Assembly: GCA_002269645.1 (NCBI GenBank)
Contig: NIVC01003054.1
Coordinates: 1 to 64,000, forward strand
From: Macrostomum lignano
Lineage: Eukaryota
Length of the DNA: 64,000 nt
Direction of reading: 5' to 3'
Part shown: positions 38,816-50,200 of the stretch, piece after piece
Position numbering within the stretch: the first letter of the stretch is position 1
Layout: every line of letters starts with the position of its first letter
Notes under the pieces: generated by a model
The model's input: the letters and a program-made list of their open reading frames with translations, nothing else
Databases searched by the model: none
What the model was told of the DNA's origin: nothing
Made by a program: the position numbers and the translations under genes

Positions 38816-40020
38816 AAAGATATTGTCCAGTGGCCCATTGTTTTTAGTGTTTCACTAACAGGTCACGTGATCCATCCTTTTTAATTTCACAAGCATCAAC
38901 AAAAAATTGCAACCAACGCTAGGTTTTTTGGTTTTGAAGCCGTTTAATGTGATTGTTTTAGTCTGATAGGTGTTTGCCGAGCAGATTTTCTGATTCAGTG
39001 AAGGTAAATACGCTTTGAGGATTTTCGACCTTCGTTTTTTCCATTGCAATATTGTTCAATGCGACTGTAGATTTTTATTTACATCTCCTCTGCTTTGTGT
39101 GTTTGTTTCGTCTAGACTGCTGTCCGAACCCTGAGCAACCGCTGTGGATATTTCGAATCTCAGAATAGTGCAGAAAAAATATAAATTCAAACATTTTGCT
39201 TTCTTAGCTACTTTGCCATATTAATTATATTAGTAGTATATGCATATACATCCTCTTTTTCAATAATAGCAACGAACATCCAAGTGAGACCTCTCGTGTT
39301 TTCCTCCTTGCCTTCGACTGTAATTTCTATGAAACAGCAATTTTTTCTAGTTAACCACTCAAACGAATTTTAGCCTCCTACTGTTAGTAGCACAATTGTG
39401 CGCTTGCGTCTACTTTACTTTGAAAGTTGTAAAATGCATAAAAATTAATAAAATTTTGTGCTGTTCTGTTTGTTTAAATATATAAAATCCGGAAAAAACG
39501 ATTTAGGAAATTTCCTAGAAAGCTTTGGCTTGCTTCGTCTGTCTCGGTGTGTTTTATCTGAAGCCTTGTGCCCAAATCTGCTGGTGATGTACTCTACACC
39601 GCATATACCATGCATAGAATACTTGTATTGTACTTATGTAGTTTATACTTTCCTAGAATTCCAATTAACTCTGCTTGATTCTCGAAATGCTACTGTTAGT
39701 AGCGACGATAAAATTTCATTTAGAAATGAAAACAAAACGATTTGATTTCCTCGATTTTTAAATAAAAGTGCAATAAATATTGTTTTTGTGTTTTTCAATT
39801 TTTTCTGTTGATTAAATTTTCATTCTAGTGAAGCTGTAGTTTTACCTTTGAAAATTGATTGTTTTAGTTAGACATTTTTATCGTGCATGCCATCATTTAT
39901 TAAGATTTTTACCCAAATAGTGCAATAATTTTACAACTTTTGTCAGTCAAGTTTTTATTCACCAATGTTTAGAATGTTTTGTCCACCCATATTGGTCACA
40001 CAAGTAATTTTATAGACTTA

Positions 40021-40021
40021 C

Positions 40022-40060
<39 letters not shown>

Positions 40061-40061
40061 G
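40021..40061 (+). repeat. (TCTG)n microsatellite
   Basis: About 10 TCTG units. Confidence 0.95.
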
Positions 40062-40344
40062 CTGAAGCCCTCTGAGTTACGATAAAATATAGCAACGCTT
40101 TAAGCTTCAATCATTATGATTATAAAAATGAAATTCCTACTACCAGACTGACTTCAATTGACTTTTTGTTCTTTGTCTACCAACTGCTGGTGTTTACCAA
40201 ATGTTAACTTTTAGCCTAATTATAAGAGTAATTGTGATTAAATGAGCACTTCTTATTGAGCTTAGCCATCGTTTATCAGTAAATCCTTGCCATAAATTAC
40301 ACCCCCAACCGGAACTTCTGAAGTCGTTTTATTATCTTACCGCT

Positions 40345-41045
40345 GAGAGAGTAATTAGAGCCACTTTACCAGCCCACTATCATAAAGGTGAGAGAGTAAT
40401 TAGAGCCACTTTACCAGCCCACTATCATAAAGGTGAGAGAGTAATTAGAGCCACTTTACCAGCCTCACTATCATAAAGGTGAGAGAGTAATTAGAGCCAC
40501 TTTACCAGCCCACTATCATAAAGGTGAGAGAATAATTAGAGCCACTTTACCAGCCTCACTATCATAAAGGTGGGAGAGTAATTAGAGCCACTTTACCAGC
40601 CCACTATCATAAAGGTGAGAGAGTAATTAGAGCCACTTTACCAGCCCACTATCATAAAGGTGAGAGAGTAATTAGAGCCACTTTACCAGCCTCACTATCA
40701 TAAAGGTGAGAGAGTAATTAGAGCCACTTTACCAGCCCACTATCATAAAGGTGAGAGAGTAATTAGAGCCACTTTACCAGCCTCACTATCATAAAGGTGA
40801 GAGAGTAATTAGAGCCACTTTACCAGCCCAATATCATAAAGGTGAGAGAGTAATTAGAGTCACTTTACCAGCCTCATTATCTTAAAAGGTGAGAGTGATT
40901 GGAGCCACTTAACCAGGTGAGTGTAATTACAGCCAACTAAACTGCCTCACTCTCATGGAGGTGAGGGAGTAATTAGAGCCGCTTTAATCGACCTCGTTAT
41001 ACCAAGGGTGAGAGTGATTTGAGCCACTTAACCAGCCTCGCTATC
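40345..41045 (+). repeat. 45-46-bp minisatellite upstream of the PhzF/PBLD gene
   Basis: Unit GGTGAGAGAGTAATTAGAGCCACTTTACCAGCCCACTATCATAAA, decaying 3'. Confidence 0.95.
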
Positions 41046-41154
41046 ATAAATCAGTGAAACAAAACATGCTTATCGATTAAAGCGGATTTCGTCACAAGGC
41101 TCTTGCTATGCTCAGCTGCTGCATGGATTCTGCTGCGCATTCCAGCCCGTAACC

Positions 41155-43743
41155 ATGGCAACTCAGCCAGCCGCTGACTACCCGTTCTACATCGTGGACG
41201 CTTTCACGAAGCGCCTCCGACGGGGGAACTCCGCGGCTGTGGTGCTCCTGACGCCTGAGCCGCTGCTCAGCGACTCCGACATGCAGTCCGTTGCCGCTGA
41301 GTTCAACCTGTCCGAGACCGCCTTCGTCTTCCTTGCCTCCGGCTCCGCTGCCCCCGACCGGCCCGTCCCGCTGCGCTGGTTCACTCCGGAGTGCGAAGTG
41401 GCGCTGTGCGGCCACGCCACCCTGGCCGCGGCCACCGCCGTGCACCTGCACCTGCGGGCCAGCGGCCGCGACTGCGACCGACTCGAGTTCGACACTATGA
41501 GCGGCCTGCTGCCAGTGACCAGGTGCTGGGGCCAGCTTGTTGTCGTGCGGTGTTGGTCTGTCTTTCGCTATGCTCTCCGCTGTACCCTCCACTTTCCCCT
41601 TCACTTTGTCCTCCGCTCCCTCCATTTCACCCTCCGCTCTACCCTCCATTCTACCCTCCACTCTACCCTCCATTCTAACCTCCATTCTACCCTCCGCTCT
41701 CCCTCCACTTTACCCTCCACTCTGCCCTCCATTCTCCCTCCACTCTACCCTCCACTCTGCCCTCCACTCTGCCCTCCACTCTACCCTCCACTCTGCCCTC
41801 CACTCTGCCCTCCACTCTACCCTCCACTCTGCCCTCCATTCTCCCTCCACTCTACCCTCCACTCTGCCCTCCACTCTGCCCTCCACTCTACCCTCCACTC
41901 TGCCCTCCACTCTGCCCTCCACTCTGCCCTCCACTCTACCCTCCGCTCTCCCTCCACTCTCCCCACTCTCCCTTCACTCTACCTCCACTCTACCTTCCAC
42001 TCTCCTTCCACTCTCCTTCCTCTCTACCCTCCACTCTACCCTCCACTCTACCCTCGGCTATACCCTCCACTCTACTCTTCGCTCTACCTCCACTCTACCT
42101 CCACTCTACCTTCCACTCTCCTTCCACTCTCCTTCCTCTCTACCCTCCACTCTACCCTCCATTCTACTCTCCACTCTACCCTCCATTCTATCCTCCATTC
42201 TACCCTCCGCTCTCCCTCCACTTTACCCTCCACTCTGCCCTCCATTCTCCCTCCGCTCTACCCTCCATTCTACCCTCCACTCTACCCTCCATTCTAACCT
42301 CCATTCTACCCTCCGCTCTCCCTCCACTTTACCCTCCACTCTGCCCTCCATTCTCCCTCCACTCTACCCTCCACTCTGCCCTCCACTCTGCCCTCCACTC
42401 TACCCTCCACTCTGCCCTCCACTCTGCCCTCCACTCTGCCCTCCACTCTACCCTCCGCTCTCCCTCCACTCTCCCCACTCTCCCTTCACTCTACCTCCAC
42501 TCTACCTTCCACTCTCCTTCCACTCTCCTTCCTCTCTACCCTCCACTCTACCCTCCACTCTACCCTCCACTCTACCCTCGGCTATACCCTCCACTCTACT
42601 CTTCGCTCTGCCCTTCACTCGGCCATTCACTCTTCCCTCCACTCTCCGCTCAACGCTTCGGTCTGGCCATCGCCGCACCGCACTCTTCACGTATGCGGAT
42701 GTTCAAATCCCAAAGTTCAGGCTTGTAATTTCTGAAAAAAGCCAGGACAGCAATGTACGCACCGTGTCATTTCGAGTCATTCCTATCCGGCTACCCCCCT
42801 CCCCCCGAAAAAATATGTGGCAGAGACGCCGCCACAGGGCAGTGGAGCCTGGACTTCCCGCTGGGCACCGTGGAGCCAATCGCGATGGGCGATCGAGACG
42901 CTTCGGCCGCACTGCTGGAGTCTGCTCTCGGCGACGAACTCGGAGTCAACTCCGTCCTGAGCCTGGCCCATTCGCCTGACCGGCAGAAGCTGCTCATTGA
43001 ACTGAAACCCGAGGCGCGTGACCAGTTTCTGCGGCTCCGGCCCGACACTGCCGCCATGGTGGCCGCGGCGCCAACAGGGCAGCGGATTCGCGGGGTGATT
43101 GTCACCGTCAGCGGCGAGGGGTTTCGAGAGCGGGATGGATATGGTGAATGATCCTTTTGAGGGACTGACAGTGTTGCGCATAGGGCGGTTATAGTGCCGG
43201 TCATAGTGTTGCTCATAGTTTCGGTCATAGTGTTGCTTATGGTGTCGGTCATAGTGTTGCTCATAGTGTCGGTCATAGTGTTGCTCATAGTGTCGGTCAT
43301 AGTGTCGGTCATGGGGTCAGTCAAAGTGTTGCTCATTCCTCATAGTATTTGTCAAAATTGCTCATAGTTTTTCTGATTGCATGGGTCACATGTTGCTCAT
43401 AGTTTTGCTAATATTGGCTCATAGCATCAGTCATACGTGCAGTGCCGTCTTTTACAAACCAAACAGCAACTCCCAAAATATTTCGCCAGACAGCGGAGAA
43501 TTCGACTTTCTGTCGCGCTACTTCGCTCCCTGGGTCGGCATCCCGGAGGACCCGGTGACCGGGGCTGCTCACACGGTTCTGGCGGCCTATTGGCGGGCCA
43601 AACTCGGCGGGCGGGACGAGATGCTGGCCAAGCAGTGCAGCCGGCGGGGCGGGGTGCTGCGGCTCCGTGTGGACGCCGGCCGTGGCCGGGTGGCGCTCAC
43701 CGGACACTCGGTTATGTCTGCGCACGGCCGGGTGGCGATATGA
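41155..43743 (+). CDS. PBLD: PhzF/PBLD-family isomerase; join(41155..41522,42824..43143,43490..43743), 313 aa
   Basis: [65 protein letters not shown] are PhzF/DAP-epimerase-fold hallmarks. The exon 2 donor (43143, GTGAAT) is the least certain boundary; a GC donor after 43113 is also in phase. Confidence 0.92.
41575..42655 (+). repeat. 12-bp C/T-rich minisatellite, PBLD intron 1
   Basis: Unit CTCT(A/G)CCCTCCA with larger duplicated blocks. Confidence 0.95.
43195..43335 (+). repeat. 12-bp minisatellite, PBLD intron 2
   Basis: Units TCATAGTGTTGC / TCATAGTGTCGG. Confidence 0.9.
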
Positions 43744-45201
43744 GGCGTACGGTTTCTTAGAAATGATTTGCTTATTAGAGTACATGTATAACATGCTACG
43801 CTCGTATTTCCAGGGAACTCTAATATCCATGAACATTTCTCTGTGAAACAATTTCTAAGACTGTTCACTTCTACTAACTATTATTAAGAAGCTGTCTACA
43901 CGATCATTCAAAATTAGTTACTTTCTTTAGATATCGACTATTTTTAGTTATTACATTTAAATACTCGTAATAACAAAAGACCAATAAATCAGAGTTTTGA
44001 AGGCCGTTAAAGAATGCGCTGTATATTAATCTGTTTTAGAGGTCAGCTAATCCTAAATATTAGAAATTTCTAGCTTTTAAATTTTCCTTTTTGAACATCC
44101 GAACTCTAATTTAAACTGTTAAAGCAGTCCATTTCAGGGTATACAATTATAGTGAGTTATGCTGTTTTGGCCCTGTTCCTTTGGTTTATGTTTTTAATCG
44201 CAATACAATTGCATGAGTGCTTTAAAATACAATTCATGGCTGTTCATACCCATAAATAAATTATACACCAACGTTTGATCTGACGCAAACCATTCCGGGC
44301 GAGTTAGAACTCTTAGTATTGTACCATTGTACTATAATAAATTAATTCCTTTGAATTGTTGGTAGGCGTCCCTTAAACAAGTAAATGTGCATGTACTAAC
44401 AGGATAAACGATCGAACACTAATATGGTGAATATACACTGGAAAGAATGCTGCGAAATCGTGCGCTGTGATGCTGCAACTCACTCGTGGAAATTTGAGCA
44501 TTTCTTTTCTTCAGACAGATGTAGTTGTAGTGAAACTACAACTTAACTTTGATTTGAATTGCAATACATTTTATGAGTTAACGACGAGAAGGCTTGGGCG
44601 AGAAACTTAACTGCGAGAAAGAACTGTAAAAGGAAATTAGTCTATGGTAATTTATGACAAACTGAGTTGCAAATAAAAAGTACAACAAAATACCCATATA
44701 GTGATAATAGAAAATCAACGAATTAGCTCCTGACGAAAAAATCTGGGTATATAATTCTATATTAATTTTTATTACCATCGTAAAAACTATCTGAGAGTTA
44801 CCACGTATGAATTCACTTTGGCCTTAAGGTATCATTCAAATCAATTACCAAATTTATTCATGCTTGTCTAGAGTCTTTATTCATGCTTTGCAGCTTTATA
44901 CGCTACGGTACGATATTGATTCGCTCAGTCAAAATTCACGCTTAAAAAATTCAGACGGGTTTGGATTAAAAACAGAAAAACAAAAATAACTGTTTTGTTT
45001 TTAAATGTTTAATAATCAGCACTCATCTAAGATTTAAGTTTTGTGAAGATAGTTTTAGTATGCTTTTTTTTCATTTATAAAACATTTTTTGCGACACGCC
45101 CACTTTTAGATCGATGGTGCCATATCTGGCGAAATTTTGATTTAACAAAAAAGTTGTTTATTCAGGCCCGTGTAGAATCAGTGTTAAAGCCTAAAGTCAT
45201 G

Positions 45202-45461
45202 GGGCCTTCTCATATTACCAATTCCAGAACCAGAATCGGTTCGGAATTCCAAGAAAAACAGCAGTATAACTATTAAACTCTGTTAATATTTGACTGCCTT
45301 AACAACCTAACTTAGCACAATTTTTCACTTTCTTCTTGGCGATTGTCATTCAATAATAAAAACTTTATAGCACGTATCTCCCTCTAGTTATGGAGACAAA
45401 AAGTTATACTTCACAAATTGGTTCTGGTTCTGGATCCAGAGCAAGCAATATGAAAAGGCCC
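45202..45461. mobile_element. Candidate Harbinger-like MITE
   Basis: GGGCCTTCTCATATT / AATATGAAAAGGCCC ends, inner CCAGAACCAGAA / TTCTGGTTCTGG pair, ATG on both flanks (possible 3-bp TSD, ambiguous because CATG is palindromic). Confidence 0.45.
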
Positions 45462-46847
45462 ATGTTTTTGTTTCGAACAATACATAGCAGGCAATTTATT
45501 AATATTTTTTATACTCTCAAAGAAATTTAAGACATACTGTTTTGACATTTATTTCGCCTATCACTAACACTATTATTTATTATTTCACTTGAATCTTGAT
45601 GCACTGCACTTGACTTATCGACTAACTGGAAGTCTAACTGGAATAATGGAATTGAAGCTCGCTGTACAGTACTCAGCAACTTGCAAACGATACAAATTAC
45701 TCGTCTTGTATCCGCATGTGTCTAATGGTTTGAAAACAATAATTTTAAGGCTAAGAAAACTGATGATCTGATATGGCTATGAGGGAGATTGAGCTTTAGC
45801 CTAAATAAGCCTCAGAAACATAGAACTTTATAATAATTCTTGCAATGTTGCCAGGCAAATTATTTATAGATATATTGAATTGACTTCATTTAAGGCCTAA
45901 TCCCACTTCTTAACTGCTTATATAAAGCAACAGTATTGAAATAGTTTTTTGTCAACATAATATTTAATAAGCCCTTTGTTTCTATGATTTTAGCAAAATT
46001 TATCTTTAAGATAGTGCTTTTCTGACATGCTTATACATTTATCTTGCCTATAGCATTGTAACTATTAGACTTTGATCCTTGGCCACTTTCCATAGTATAA
46101 AAAGTGGCCTTTAAGCCTTAAATTCTAATATATTTTTGTCCTTTGCCCTCATTAAGAATCTTAGTATATAGAATGATAAATTGTTTATTTAATTTGCCAC
46201 ATTTTTATCAGCTGGTAGACAAAATGACTTTTAAAAAGAATTTTTTTATATTTTAAAATTTTGTAAAACTTTTTATTGTAAGACTTGCAAATTATATAAA
46301 AATTTATAATGAGATAAATAAGATCATATTTTTAATAAATATAGATAAATATAAATAATGCATTATATTCTATTTGAATATCTAATAGGAAGACAATTTT
46401 GATTATAACTATCTAGTCAGTGTATTTTAATTGATGACTATGTTTCAATAATTGGATAGTTTATTATTTATTTATTCATTATTCATTTAATTGACAATTA
46501 ATATAAATTATTAATACTAAATTATAAATATATAAACAAAATAATCAGTTTAAAAAGACAGCTTTTCTTAAATTTGTTAGTATGAATTTTTTATTCTAAT
46601 ATTTTACCATTATTTAGACTGATCTAGATAAGTAGATAGGTATTGTCAATGTCTATTAGATAACATATTGCTGTCAAAATGTGTGACTTATTATAGTTAG
46701 CTTTTGTCTTTTTGAACTATTTTAATTATTTATTGTTTTTTAATATCAATAAAGTTTTAATATCTATAATTATTAAAAACAAACTTATTCTTTTGTAAAT
46801 TAGCATTAATTATTATAAAAATAAAGATTTTTGTTATGATTAGTAAT

Positions 46848-47154
46848 CATACATGCGCAACCTCTGAAATTATGCTGGCCAAGCAACTTAGTTTTGACCA
46901 AAAATGCAACTTTGTTTTGCAACTTATCTGCTTCTTTTTGCAACTTAGTTTGCTTCTTTTGCGACTTGTTTTTCTTTTGCTTCACCATTTTTACTTCCCT
47001 GAACTGCTTTTTTCTTTTTCTCTTTCCTCTTGCCTTTCTTTCTTGGTTCTTGTGTTTTCTGTTTTTGATCAACTCAAATTTGCAACTTACCACTGGTCAA
47101 CCACCATTTATGGTGGCTGGATCGGCTAGGTTGGCCAGCAGTTGCGCATGTATA
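46848..47154. mobile_element. 307-bp MITE, same terminus as the 6007 element, 110 bp upstream of the NPC1 ATG
   Basis: Ends CATACATGCGCAAC / GTTGCGCATGTATA, inner TGCTGGCCAA / TTGGCCAGCA, perfect 8-bp TSD TTAGTAAT (46840-46847, 47155-47162). Confidence 0.85.
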
Positions 47155-47264
47155 TTAGTAATGGATTTTAATCTAAGTTCTAAAGCACTAACCAATTTTA
47201 GTTTTTATGTTTCTTATGTTTATTAAAGTTGCTAGTTTTTATAACTATATGTTTCCTATTTCTG

Positions 47265-50200
47265 ATGAAAACCATTTTGACAATTAGTTTATTCCTTGCC
47301 ACCTCTGTTCAATTGGTAAGCTTTTCTTAAAATTTTATTTTGCTCTGACATATTTTAGTTTTTAGGCTGGTTATAACAAAATTTCATAAATTATCCATCT
47401 CAGATTGATACCAGTTGTGTTTGGCACAATGAATGCGGCCGGCATCCAGAAACAGGCAAGCCACTCAACTGCAAGTACAGTGGGCCACCCCAGCCTCTGA
47501 CCAACTCCAGTGCACTCAACACCCTGGCTCAACTGTGCCCAGAGATGCTGGACAGCCGCATGCGCGGACCAGATGGGCATCCGCAGCTGTGCTGCTCAGC
47601 CAGCCAGGTCCTGTCACTCAGCGCTGGCATCGGCAATGCTGGCATGCTGTTCAAGCGCTGCCCGAGCTGCTGGCGCAACTTCCGCACCCTCTACTGCCAG
47701 TACGCTTGCTCACCGCGGCAGCACGAGTTCCTGCGCGTAGTTGAGACCGACCCAGCTAGTAAGGGAGTGCTGCGAATTGACTACACAGTGAGTCGGCAGT
47801 TTGCCGAGGGCATGTTCAACAGCTGCAAAAGTGTCACAATGGGCAATGGCAAAGCTATCGGCAGTCTGTGCACCCCTGTGCCAGCTGAGGATTGCAAAGT
47901 CACGGATGTGTTCAACTTTCTGGGAAGTCCCGCCATAAACCCGTACGCACCGTTCGTGACTAAATTCCACGTCACAGACAACGCCTGCGCCGCTCAGGAC
48001 CAACCAGGCAGGACTCGACGGTCTGTTGATAGCGAATTTGACTTTGGCGACTTTGACTTTAATCCGGTGACGACTGCGCTGCCCCAGACCGCCGATGGTC
48101 GCAGTGGCGCCACTCCAACCAGCGTTGTTAGTAAAACTCCTGTCACCAATGCAGATTCCAGTGCTGGCAGTAACAAATCAACTGTGACAACACAAACCAC
48201 AATGACTACTAAGACAACCACTGCAGCTGACATGTGCGGCATGAACGCCAAGGTGGTGCCCTGCCAGACCGGATTCAACGGCCAGTCGGCCTGCTCCTGC
48301 ATCGACTGTCCGGCCGTGTGTTCCGCAGCTTCCGCCGGATTCGACAACGATTTGGCTGCACTGCAAAGCAGCGGCTCCTCCAACACCTGGCGAGTTCTCG
48401 GCATCAGCGTCTGGTACATCTGCCTGGCCATTGCCTATGCGGCCTTCATTGTGGCATTCGCCGCCTCCAACCTGTACTTCCACGTCTACTCGCCTCCGTC
48501 GAAAAAGTCCTCGTCTTCGCCGATGCGTCATCAGCGCGACGTTGTCGACGATGCCACCGCCGCAGCCGCCGTTGCCGTCGATAACGAACTGATCGTTGAT
48601 GATCCAGCCGATGCGGCGGCCGCCGAAGCTGCAGCCGCCTCCGCTGCGGCCACCTCGGACAGCTGTCCGAACGGCGTGACCTTCGGCATGACTTCGCCGA
48701 GCAGCCGGGAGTGCTTCCTGCCGCACCAGACCCACCAGCCGCTCAGCCGCTCCGAGGCCGCTCTGGTTGCTGGCGCCAAGTCGTCGAATTCTTCTTCATC
48801 ATCGTCTGGCGCCGAGTCCGAGAGGCTGTGCGCCGGCTTTGATCGGCGAATTGAATCCGTGTTTGCGGCCTGGGGTCGGGCGGTGGCCGGGCACCCCGTG
48901 CTGGTGCTCACACTTGGGTTGCTGGCCTGCCTGGGCCTCAGCTGCGGCATCATCCGCTTCCAGGTCACCACCGACCCTGTGGACCTGTGGAGCGCTCCAG
49001 ACAGCACTGCCAGGCAGCAGAAGGAGTACTTTGATGCGCACTTCGGGTGAGCCGCTGCGATATCACTGTGCGCCTTGCTCGCCAAATCCTCAGTTGCCGG
49101 GCCAGCCTCCCAGATCCTCAGTCGCTAGGCCAGCCTCCCAGATCCTCAGTTGCTAGGCCAGCCTCCCAGATCCTCAGTTGCTAGGCCAGCCTCCCAGATC
49201 CTCAGTTGCTAGGCCAGCCTCCCAGATCCTCAGTTGCTAGGCCAGCCTCCCAGATCCTCAGTTGCTAGGCCAGCCTCCCAGATCCTCAGTTGCTAGGCCA
49301 GCCTCCCAGATCCTGAGTTGCTAGGCCAGCCTCCCAGATCCTCAGTTGCTAGGCCAGCCTCCCAGATCCTCAGTTGCTAGGCCAGCCTCCCAGATCCTGA
49401 GTTGCTAGGCCAGCCTCCCAGATCCTCAGTTGCTAGGCCAGCCTCCCAGATCCTCAGTTGCTAGGCCAGCCTCCCAGATCCTCAGTTGCTAGGCCAGCCT
49501 CCCAGATCCTGAGTTGCTAGGCCAGCCTCCCAGATCCTCAGTTGCTAGGCCAGCCTCCCAGATCCTCAGTTGCTAGGCCAGCCTCCCAGATCCTGAGTTG
49601 CTAGGCCAGCCTCCCAGATCCTCAGTTGCTAGGCCAGCCTCCCAGATCCTCAGTTGCTAGGCCAGCCTCCCAGATCCTGAGTTGCTAGGCCAGCCTCCCA
49701 GATCCTGAGTTGCTAGGCCAGCCTCCCAGATCCTGAGTTGCTAGGCCAGCCTCCCAGATCCTGAGTTGCTAGGCCAGCCTCCCAGATCCTCAGTTGCTAG
49801 GCCAGCCTCCCAGATCCTGAGTTGCTAGGCCAGCCTCCCAGATCCTCAGTTGCTAGGCCAGCCTCCCAGATCCTGAGTTGCTAGGCCAGCCTCCCAGATC
49901 CTCAGTTGCTAGGCCAGCCTCCCAGATCCTCAGTTGCTAGGCCAGCCTCCCAGATCCTCAGTTGCTAGGCCAGCCTCCCAGATCCTGAGTTGCTAGGCCA
50001 GCCTCCCAGATCCTCAGTTGCTAGGCCAGCCTCCCAGATCCTCAGTTGCTAGGCCAGCCTCCCAGATCCTCAGTTGCTAGGCCAGCCTCCCAGATCCTGA
50101 GTTGCTAGGCCAGCCTCCCAGATCCTCAGTTGCTAGGCCAGCCTCCCAGATCCTGAGTTGCTAGGCCAGCCTCCCAGATCCTGAGTTGCTAGGCCAGCCT

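Noticed and set aside
41155-43743. Phenazine biosynthesis or recent bacterial gene transfer
   Set aside because: PhzF-fold PBLD homologues are normal in animals. The gene has spliceosomal introns and no other phz genes are present.
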